In this document: positions 53,620 to 64,000 of the stretch, one piece after another | How positions within the stretch are numbered: position 1 is the first letter of the stretch | Layout: the number at the start of each line of letters is the position of its first letter | Assembly (NCBI RefSeq): GCF_006345805.1 | Contig: NC_043010.1 | Location: 36,766,001-36,830,000, forward strand | Origin: Octopus sinensis | Lineage: Eukaryota | Reading direction: 5' to 3' | DNA: 64,000 nucleotides | Position numbers and translations under genes: made by a program | The notes under the pieces: generated by a model | Seen by the model: only the letters and a program-made list of their open reading frames with translations | Told to the model about the DNA's origin: nothing | The model's database searches: none

Positions 53620-53982
53620 TTAACTTTTACTCGTTTCAATCATTGGACTACAGGTATGCTAGGGTATGACCTTGGATGGCTTTAGTCAAATATATTTACC
53701 ACAGTACTTATTTTTAAAATCTGATATGTATTCTATCAGTTTAAAACCTTTAAGTTATAAGGGCTTAAACAAACCAACACTGATTGTCAAGGGGATAAAC
53801 ACATATATACGTGTGTGTCTGTGTGTGTACACACACACACACACAAACGCAGGGAGTTTCAGTTTCCAAGGCTCTTATTGACCAGGACTATAGTAGAAGA
53901 TACTTGCTCCAGATACCATGCAGTGGGACTAAACCCAGAGCCATGTGATTAGGAAGCAAACTTCTTGCTACACAGCCATGTC
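53620..53982 (-). mobile_element. SINE family A, full length, tail-to-tail with the previous copy
   Basis: Reverse-complement head ends ...cttgctacacagccatg; more diverged than its neighbour. Confidence 0.8.
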
Positions 53983-54932
53983 GGCGTGTGTGTGCATGAA
54001 AAAAAACAAAAAAACAGAATAACCATTTGCAATGTGTCACAGGTTAGGAAACATAAACGCTGTTATATCACTGATGCATCATCATCATTTAACATCCATT
54101 TCCCATACTGGGATGGGCTGGACCATGATTCTTGAAGAAAACATAAGCATGAATTCAATATTGTAATAATATATACACCCATCTGTCCTTATACTGATGA
54201 TCTTTCGTTATTTCTTACAAACTCGTGTACACCAAAACGGCAAGAGAATGTGCAGTGTAAGTTATTTAAGTAAAGCACATTTATAAATGAAAATGTTTTA
54301 TTATTATGCCAAGCAAAATGGCAAAACTGTTGGAGAAGTAGAACCCTTTGTAGCATTCAGTCGTATCCCTTCATGTTCTCATTTCAAATACCACCTCCAA
54401 GTCCGCTATACCATTACTCTATTCAGGGTCAATCAAGAAATATATCAAAGATTAATGTAATTGAAAGCAGGACCAGAGCATGAAAACACTCCAATGGAAG
54501 AAGCCGGTAATAGAATAAATGTACTAAAACTCAATGTATGCATCAAGTATTTTCTTCATTTTGAAGTGAAGTTGTCTGTTTTGTTTTAAGTACACAAACA
54601 CATGGATTCAGGTAGATCTAATTTTGTTCTTAACTGCCATTACTTTGGTTTGTGTAACATATTAAAAAAACTTATACTATCTGCAAACTTTTTTTTTACT
54701 GAATTATTAAAAAGAAAATCCAGTCGATAATTTTATTTGAATATATATTTATCTTATAAATCCAAGAAGGAGAAAGAAAACAAAAAAATCTATGGCCAAA
54801 TCAATTCAATAAAATAAACTGAATTCTATAATATAAATTAAGTTTTATAAAATAGCTTTATTGAAGAAAAGCAAACTGAAAAAACAAACTTCAATTGGTT
54901 GGACGCAAATATTTTTTAAATCTAAAAATTCA

Positions 54933-54975
<43 letters not shown>

Positions 54976-57360
54976 GCACAGACAAAATTGAAATTAAAAA
55001 CTGAGGGAATATAAACGGCAAAAATTGAAAAAAAGGACTTTAGAACTTTTCAAAAACTAGGATTGAAAAATGCCAGCATCAAAATCTTAATGTGTATACC
55101 CAATTTCAACTCACTAAAAGTTCATAAAATATTGGGTTGGTAGGCAGAGCTGAGCCTCAGCATTTAATTTTGGTCTTCTGAAATTTTAGTAAATAAATGC
55201 ACCAGCACCAATTGTCAAGTAATGCAGGGGATAAATGCAGATATGCATACAAGCGTGCACACACACATGATGGGCTTCTTTCAGTTTCTGTTTACCAAAT
55301 CCACTTACAAGGATTTGGTTGGTTGGTTGGCTTGGGGTTATAATAGAAGACAGATGCCTAAGGCGCCATAACCGAACTCAGAACTGTGTGGTTGGAGGCA
55401 AACTTCTTATCACACACTATCGACAGGTCACAATGAACTGCATATCACTAAACTTACACATTAGAGTTAAGAAAATTGATCAAGGTGGCCAGGAAATGTT
55501 CCAACAAAATGCCAACATTAAGAGAGAGAGAGAGAGACAGACAGACAGAAAAAAAATATTTGTTTCAAGGAATCTGAAATCTAAAATAAGTAAGGAGATA
55601 GGAGGATTTTTACAACTAAATCCTTATCTTAAATATATCTTTCAAAAGTTCTTTCTACTTTTAAGGGGGGGGGGGACAGGGTTACTATCTAGCATTTCTT
55701 CTGAAGTAAAAAAAATATCCAAATTATTTTTAATGGCACAAATTTTTCAATTTGGTGTTTGGAATTAAATATTTCACTAAAAATGTGTTACATCGTCTAC
55801 CATCAGACAGCTAAATAAGAAAACTGATAGCCAAACATCTTGCTTAAATTTTATAACTTTCTAAAATAATATGTACTAAAAATGTACATATTATTATAAA
55901 CTTAAATTTTATTTATTTATTTTCTACCCACCAAGTCTGATTTTTTTTTTTTTTTTTTTTTGTTAGCATGGAAGAAAAAAAGAGAAAATGCCAAGAAAAA
56001 TTAAACATAACGAATAAGTTACCTCCCCTGAATAATTTAAAAGCAGATCACTACTTGATTATCAGAAAAGGCTTCTCTAAGTATCTGAAAGATTACCTTT
56101 AATAAGCGTTGTGAAACTTTCAATGAAGATTCCTCGAAAAGCAAAGAAATATACAACCCACCCCAATACAAAAAATTATTATTATTATTATTATTATTAT
56201 TGATTGTTCCTAAGAATGATAATTATCAAAGAGAGAATTTTGGATGCTTTCAAATGATAAAAGTTACAGAATCAAAACTATAAAAAGACAAAGTTTAAAT
56301 CAAATTCATTACATCAAAGAATCAAAGAGGTAAAAGAAGAAAAAAAACCTAATTAAGCAACGGATGGAATGATCAAATTTCACACTGTATTCTAAATAAC
56401 AAACAATTTTTAAAACTTAGTTAATTAGAAAGCAATTTGCTGCCTTTGGTTTTGAAAAATGACGCAAAACATCAACAATTGCCAAATTTCTGAAGAATAG
56501 TAGCAATGTGGTATTTATTTTAATTTTGAGATGATTCCATAGTGGTTGTCATTAATCTTTGAAGATATTCACGGAAACGTAAGAAAATGTTTTCGCACAC
56601 ATTGAGTAATTAGCGAAACCAGCTTTCCTGTGCTAAACAAAACTTTGGGGGTGCATGGAAGGCAGAGGGGAAATCTGTGCACGCTTTTCTAATAGATTTT
56701 CAAAATATTCAAAGAACAGCTATTCTTTTAATATTTATTCTTATAAAACAACATACAATAATCTTCAACAAGAATTTGTTGCATTAATCTCTCTGAAATT
56801 AAAAATACAATGCAGGCAAAGTTTCGTAATATTTAACAATATCATGATTAAAATTTAACAAATTAAGCTTCAGTTTTCACGTATTTGTTTTTATTTATCT
56901 ATATATTCATTTATTTATTTTTTCCTCCAAATTCCATTTGCTTTAAATATTAACGAAACTAAAAAGGGGAAGAAGAGAGAAAGTGGACAAAAACAAAAAT
57001 ATTTCCACGTCGATTTAGACACTTTGAGGGAAATAGCAGAGAAGAAATAATCTTCCTTTAAATGAATGCATGAACGAGTCAGAACAAACAGAAGATAAAC
57101 AAAACACAACTCAAATAAATTAAAACCCAAAACAACCTATTAACTACACAAAATTCCTTTCTTTACAAATGTGTAAGTGCAACTATTTAAAACAGCATTG
57201 CTTCTTAACATCCAACTAATGTTTAAGTATTTAAATGCAATGTCTTCCAAAGTTGCACTGCAAAGGATGTCTAAATACATGGTAGGTGTTTAGAAATGAA
57301 ATGTTAAGGCTTTAAGAAAATTATACTAATGTTCAAGTGTCTTGAAAGACATGTTATTCA

Positions 57361-57620
57361 CAGGTAGGACTGTATGGTAGGAATTTTACATCCCAACTAA
57401 TTGGTTCCCAGTTCAAACTCACCATGTGGTACATTGGGAAAGTGTCTTCTACTACATAGGCTTGGGCTGTCCAAAGCCTAGTGAGTGGATTTGGTAGAAA
57501 AAAACTGAAAGAAGAACATTGTGGTGTGCATGAATGATGCCTTTGGGTCTGTGTTTGTCCTCCACCACTGCTTGACAACCAATGTTGGTGTGTTTATGTA
57601 CCCATAACTTACTAGTTGTG
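57361..57620 (+). mobile_element. SINE family A, 3'-truncated
   Basis: Head and core motifs present. Confidence 0.75.
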
Positions 57621-58329
57621 AGAGAGAGAGAATTGCACCAGTACTCATTTTCAGCTGGGTGCATTAAAGAAAAAGGAAATGAAGTGCCTTGCTCAAGGAT
57701 AGACTGCACCACCTGGTCCAGAAATTGGATCCACAACCACTAGGTCATGCACCCCCCACACACACACACACACATTATCAGCAGCAAAAAGAGTCTTCAT
57801 GGGTAATTAGATATTAAGATGAAATTTACAGAAAAACAAAAGATGAAGACAGGTGTATACACAACAAGCAGATGTATTAGTTTGACGCTCAGGAAAGTGA
57901 GAAAGTCTACATTTCAAGCCAATGCTCTTCAAGAGAAAGGAACATGAGGAAATAAACAGAGAGAGAATATAAAAACTTGTGGATTTAGCAATCAATCATG
58001 GCGACTGAACTCTTCTTTCCTCATTCTTTAGTGAGAAGCATAAAAGTATTCCTTAAAAACAGTTTAAACAGCAGAAATCTAATCCTGAAAGGTTCAACCA
58101 AAGAAAACTAGCATACACTACTCACTATTTAACAACCTACCTTGGACAGACATGCACATAATACATACACATGAATCCTCCAACAGATTGCAATACTAGT
58201 TCATTTGTTCTAATATTAACACTTAAACCTTAAAATTTTTACCCATAAATTAGTCCATTATACATAAAATACAGAAGTTGTGAGCTGTTTACCAGCAGAA
58301 TACCAGATTATCCTGTAGGTTTGATCCTC

Positions 58330-58740
58330 CAGAGATCTGCATAGTTTCATTTGTCTTTTGAACTTGTGATTTCCAGATAAAAATCTGGGAGATACATGGG
58401 CTCCCCCTTGAGCAGGCTTGATTTTTGATTTAGCAAAGAGAAAAAAAAAAGATCTCTTTGATGGTGACTCCAGAACCCTTTTTCATGCCATACAAAAACC
58501 TAGCAGTTTTTCTCCACTCCCTTTTTTTATAGCTTGTGAAGAACATAAAGTAAAGGAGTTAATAAGTAGGCCTTTAGAGTTATAGTCTTGCATTCTATGG
58601 GGTGCAGCAGGAACCCCCCCCCCCAGCTTTTTATGCTATTAGTGAGGTTGGGAAGATGGTAACTATGTCTTGATGAAGCTAAAGTTTCACTGTTTTTTTT
58701 TTAGTCTCCATCAACTCCTCATGGCCACATGGTTTGTACC
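58330..58740 (-). mobile_element. Decayed LINE reverse-transcriptase fragment
   Basis: Reverse strand gives QGGAHVSP and YADL (compare QGxxxSP and YADD) in the expected order; many disruptions. Confidence 0.45.
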
Positions 58741-58840
58741 AGTGCATATACTGCACTTGCTGTTGAAATGTTTATCAAGAATGTTGAGTCATAGTATTTT
58801 CTTTTCTTTTCTTGCCTTCAACCTTGTATAATACATTTAA

Positions 58841-59059
58841 CCCTTTCGTTACCAACCCAGCTGAAACCGGCTCTGGCTCTGTAGTATAAATGTCTTGTTT
58901 TCATGTTTTGAATTGAAATCTTCCACCAAACCTTAGTCACAATTTATGTTCCTAACACTAGCTTGATGATAACCAAGTTATTTTACTAAATTCTTTGTTA
59001 TATTTAAAATAAGTGAAAGAAATACAGTGCATCTTAAAATAGATATGGTAACAAAAGGG
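58841..59059 (+). mobile_element. piggyBac-like MITE family 2, complete (219 bp)
   Basis: TTAA|CCCTTTCGTTACCA...TGGTAACAAAAGGG|TTAA. Partial copies at ~16700-16810, ~45335-45472, ~45878-46010 and ~49447-49560. Confidence 0.85.
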
Positions 59060-59439
59060 TTAAACATTCAAGCTAAAACATAAAGCTGACAAACAATAAC
59101 TAAATACTACAGTAAGCCAAGAAATTTCCAATGACGTTTCCTTTTTCATTTTTATTTTTTAGACAAATGTTTTCAGCATAAAAAGGAACATTCCATTGTG
59201 TAAACAATCCCACTCAAATCTCAGTGTTCTAAAGTAAGAGAGAGAGAGAGAGAGAGAGAGCATATGCGTGCGTGCATGTGATAGATTTTCCATGTCCAAA
59301 CACAATGACCACTTAATTTTCACATCAGTTCAACAGAAATAAGGACAGCATTATATACTTAAAACTGAAGCAGCAACTCTAAATTTCAAATGAAATTACG
59401 TTCATTCAAGAAATATATACTAAAGCCACAAGGGCTACA

Positions 59440-59660
59440 TTAAGTTTTGAGGGTGGTAAGGGGCCAGCCGATTACATTGACCAAGTGTTCAACTAGTACA
59501 GACCAAAAAGGATGAAAGGCAAAGTTGACCTCTGTAGAATTTGAACTCAGAATGTAAAGATAGATGAATGGCACTAAGAATTTTGTCCTGTACGCTAACA
59601 ATTTTAATAAAATAATATGAGGTAAAGTACAAAAGCTACAACTTGGTTTGAACTCAAAAG
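59440..59660 (-). mobile_element. SINE family B
   Basis: aaaggatgaaaggcaaagttgacc...gaatttgaactcagaa. Confidence 0.8.
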
Positions 59661-60798
59661 CTCTGCTGCCAATAATCAATAAAGTATTTTAAATCTGTAG
59701 CCATGGTAACAAAATATATCTATACACAATGAAAATAACTGATGGAAGTGGAAAAAAAACTGCTACACAAAAAAAAAAAGAGCTTTGATTGTAACCTTCT
59801 TTAAACAAAGATAGTTTTGTTCTTATTGTTATTAATGTTCCTCTCTGTAAAAGGCTTGGTATATAATTGATTAACTATCAAACATTTTGATGTAGCAAGA
59901 AACCAAACTAGGTACAGTTAATGTGTAAGTGTCAAGGAAATGCCCTGCAATGATGAAATTTCAATGTGATGGGGGGGGGGAGAAAGAGGGAGAGGAGGAG
60001 GAGAGAGAGAGAGAGAGATGGATGAAGGCATTTTATACATATTTTATTCCTGTTAATGCTGAGCAACAACTTCTTTTAACCCTTTCAACAAACAGCCAAT
60101 AAGAGCAGCTACCTTCTTATACAAGAGAATGTATTTCCATTTTGTCTGTGTGTGTGTGTGGGGAGGTATTTTTAGTATTAAGCCTGAAACATGTCTTAGC
60201 AGATAAACATGGATATAAAATCTAAGTAGCTTTAACAGTTTCTTAAGAAGCCTAGAGAAAGGCATATCTAAAAAACAAAACAAAAAAAGAAAGAGAAAGA
60301 TGCCAGCTATTGTGCTACTAGGAGATGAATAAAATGGGCTTATGGAGGGAAAAAAACAAACAAAATTGTATAATGATTACAATATGTATCATAGCTGAAA
60401 CTTGGGGGTGGCTTTAGAAGTCATAGAAGCAGCAGCAGCAACAGAAATTTGTCACCATCTGATAAGGATAAGGTCATTATTCGTGTCAACCAAGTGTTGC
60501 TCAGTTTCAACTAATGATATCAAGCTGAAGGTCAATTAAATACTGCATAAATTACATAGCAGATTCAATGCTCAGAGAGTAGAACTTTAAAGTAGTTGAT
60601 TTCAAGAGAATGGCTTAAAATACAAGTGTTAAGTATTTTATATTGCAGTAAAAGAGGAATGTGAGAAATAGGCATTGCCATAATGTAAAATTTAAGAGCT
60701 CACACAAAAGAAAGAGAAAGTTAGGGTTATCATGTATGGCCATTCATACCAAGTCTACTCCAGCATGGTTGGTGGTCGTGAGAATGGCTGCTCTAGTC

Positions 60799-61111
60799 CA
60801 GGGATCAGAAACCTTTTTAACCAATTACCCCCAAAATATATTTATTTACACCAATGTAATCCCCTTGATTTGAAAGTAAGAAAATCATAGCTTCTTTGAA
60901 TTCAAAAGGTTTGTTGACTCTTTTTATATGAATCTATTTACATGTCTATTACAGTGGAAAGATGCAGTGCTGCCAGAAGAAAAATTCCTATCATAACAAG
61001 GAACATGTTTTTTTAATATAATTTCACCTATGCTGAATGAGTCCTAATTTACCTCCAACAATTTCATTTTTACCCCACTTTGGGTAATTTACCCCGGTTT
61101 GCCAACCTCTG
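60799..61111. mobile_element. hAT-like MITE (313 bp)
   Basis: Imperfect TIRs CAGGGATCAGAAACC / GGTTTGCCAACCTCTG; 8-bp flanks CTCTAGTC / CTTTAGCC match at 6 of 8. Confidence 0.7.
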
Positions 61112-61124
61112 CTTTAGCCTAATG

Positions 61125-61499
61125 CAGCGTATCTCAATGGAGGTTCCACAAGAAAGAGTGAGATAAGCTAATGCTAATTTCATGATCATAATATTACTAT
61201 ACATGCACAACATGTATTGGTTATTGTAATATTTGTAATATAGACATCATCCTATCTAACCTATTATGTTGTCAAAAATATATAACAACCATCTGTTTGT
61301 TTACACCACCTGTCTTCGTCTTTTGTTTTTTTGTGAATTCTCCCCGAGATACATTTAGAGATGCCTGTAATTTATGGACACATGATGAAAAAATATGAGA
61401 AAGATATGGTATATAACTTTTTTTGTGCAGGGGTTCCTTGAGACATGTAATTTATTTATTTTAAGGGTTACGCAAGGATAAAAAGGTTGAGAAACACTG
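61125..61499. mobile_element. hAT-like MITE (375 bp)
   Basis: TIRs CAGCGTATCTCAA / TTGAGAAACACTG; perfect 8-bp TSD GCCTAATG at 61117-61124 and 61500-61507. Confidence 0.9.
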
Positions 61500-61761
61500 G
61501 CCTAATGATATGTGGATTGAGGAGACTTAGCCAACACACACCACTTCTTTTGCTGCTAAATGCAGCAAGTTAATGAGAGGTGTCTGGGTCATAGGTACAC
61601 TTCTGCAGAAGAGATGCAAACTACTGACATTTTAGCCTGTGACCGTATACACTGATGACCTGCTTGCTATTTAAAGTATTTCCCAGTAAATATAAAAATA
61701 TATAAACTCACATCAAGAATTTGGCTCAACATGAAATATATACATCTATATATATTTCATG

Positions 61762-62162
61762 CAAGAGTGGTGTGTGGTAAGAAGCTTGCTTCCCAACCAC
61801 ATGATTCCAGGTTCAGTCAGTCCCACTGCAGGGCACTTCGGCAAATGTCTTCTATAGCCTCAGGCCAATCAAAGCCTTGTGAGTGGATTTGGTAGATGGA
61901 AACTGAAAGAAGCCCATCATATACATATGTGTGTGTGTGTATAAATGTGTGTATCTATGTCAGTGTTTGTTTCCCACCATCGCCTGACAACTGATGTTGA
62001 TATGTTTACATCCCTGTAAATTAGTGGTTCGGCAAAAGAGACTGATAGAATAAGTACTAGGCTTATAAAATTAAGTCCTGGGGTAAGTTTCTTTGACTAA
62101 AAAATTCCTTTAAGATGGTGCGCCAGCATTTCTGCAGTCAAAAGACTGAAATAGGTATAAAA
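61762..62162 (+). mobile_element. SINE family A, full length
   Basis: Head, core, (TG)n and tail ending ...aaagactgaaa. Confidence 0.85.
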
Positions 62163-64000
62163 GTAATGTGTGTGTGTGTATATATATATTATGCAATCCA
62201 AAATCCTGTTATTTTGCAGACTTTTTTCGACGTCTTTTTAGTTATACAACTGTCCATTTACCACTCATTTTAACACTGAGCCACTAATGTGGTTGTAAGT
62301 TCTTGTATAAGGATTGCATTTAGGTGACTGAATATATTCAAACTTCAAACAGCTGCTTTGTTTTTGTTTTTTAAACTCTTCATTCCCTTTTTTTAATGGA
62401 AATGCCACCAAAGCTTCGAGTAGCATCTAAAGGATGGTGCTTAGCCCTAGAGTTTGGTTTAGATATAACAAGGCTGAAATTCTACCTACTCACAGCATAC
62501 CAGTTGATCAAAAAGTAAACACCCTCAGATAATCTGGTACTTTATTTCTGACAGCTGTGTGAGTGAACTGAAACAAATGTAAAATGAAGCGGTTTGTCCA
62601 AAAACAATGAAATACTTATAGCAAATTGTTACCTAAGAGTACAAAATCTAATCTTGTCTTAGTCCACAAGACCAGCCTTCAAGTGGCCAAGTGTTAAAAA
62701 TAAATACTTTACTGATGATAAACTAACACATCAAGTACAATGTGTAAAATAAAAGGTTGATTCTGCCAATTTAATGGTTTTATTTGCGTGTGACTTGTAT
62801 TCAGCTGAGAGAAAATGACATTGCTGTTATTGTTGGGTAGTTTCATATCAACCTGGAGTAAAACCCTATGACCACCCAGGTTTTCCTTCTTTTTTTCCCA
62901 GACAGTGTTACACTATCCAAACAATATTTCCTTTTCTTCTTTAAGATGTTACAATGTGATCTGAAGGAGATTTGACTGATATTTCTAGCAGGTTGCATGT
63001 GACCACACAGAGGCTTCTCTTCACTACAAGATGGCAACAGAACAAATAAATGATTATCAAATATCCAAGCCGAAAGCTTCAAGACCAGTCATGCTGGTGA
63101 CTAAAATCTCTCAGAAATTCCACTAACCAAATTCATTTCTCCCACTTTATCCCAATTTTTGCTATTCATGTTCTTCTCTACTGCTAGTGAAATATCTTTA
63201 ATGGAAATAGCCGATGCTAATGCAGAATTCCTAACTGGAGAATAAGGTGGGACAGTTTATTTAATATTACTTCAATGCTTTTATCAAACAACACTTAATT
63301 TCAAACAGAACTAAAAATAAAAGCATATATTTTTTATAGACATCATATTTTAGTGAAGAGAGAGAGAGAAGAGAGAGAGAGATGATTGCAGAATAAGTTG
63401 GTTTATAGAGGAATTAACCTAAAAGATCACAAATTTAAATACTACCTAAGGCAGTGAAATTATACCACCAGACAAAGCTCATTACATACTCCAATTTGCT
63501 TAGCTAAACACAAGTATCACATCTCTTGAAGAGAGGAGACTTGGATAAAATCACACATATTGCCACAAGGTAGGATTACAAAACAACACATGTTTACGAC
63601 CTTATTAATATTCTTAAAACATCATATTTTGGTCTTGCTATAAAATAACATTGGGGTTATAACCCCAAATGTTTTTGGCAAATCATCAGACAAGAATTCC
63701 TTGATAGTCTTGCCAAGCTTAAGTGTAGATGTCACAAGATTTATTGAGAATAGTGTAGTTTTAGAAATAAACAAATTAGATTGCATGGTTGCAAACACAA
63801 GCCATAAATTATACAGATTATTACGCAGCATGATTAACAAACAAAAAAAAAATCAGTACATGAAAGCCTAATTAACATTTGCAACATTGTATTGTGGTTA
63901 ATATCTGATTGGTCATACAAACAAATAAGCAGAAGTAGACTGGACAGGAGGTCAACAGCAGTGGCTGGCCACCAAGTACAAGAAGAGACATACAAATTTA

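Noticed and set aside
56097-56132. 36-nt open candidate exon (ESSLKVSQRLLK or GIFIESFTTLIK)
   Set aside because: Needs a rare GAG acceptor and lies upstream of the ATG exon, which has an in-frame upstream stop.

Overview
AT-rich, microsatellite- and SINE-dense animal genomic DNA. The repeat families and the protein sequence suggest an octopus or other coleoid cephalopod; this is an inference, not a database result. The window holds the 5' ~52 kb of one minus-strand gene, C-terminal binding protein (CtBP). Three core exons are well supported (14738-14581, 6609-6465, 1615-1409) and the gene continues left of base 1. A first coding exon missed by the ORF track (52843-52804, MDPGNKRARFDKP) carries a KRAR NLS-like motif. 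The main observation lies in the ~38 kb between these parts: two paralogous phase-1 cassette exons (39 nt and 51 nt, consensus N-W-x-x-S-x-N-G-K-S-x-M), each followed by a candidate 9-nt phase-1 microexon. Every combination stays in frame and could tune the linker between the NLS and the dehydrogenase core, or supply NLS-less starts. The rest is intron: tRNA-derived SINEs (often in arrays or inverted pairs), RTE LINE fragments, hAT-, piggyBac- and pogo-like MITEs, a Helentron-type element and simple repeats. No tRNA, rRNA or CRISPR was found. All coordinates were read by eye, and repeat boundaries are approximate.
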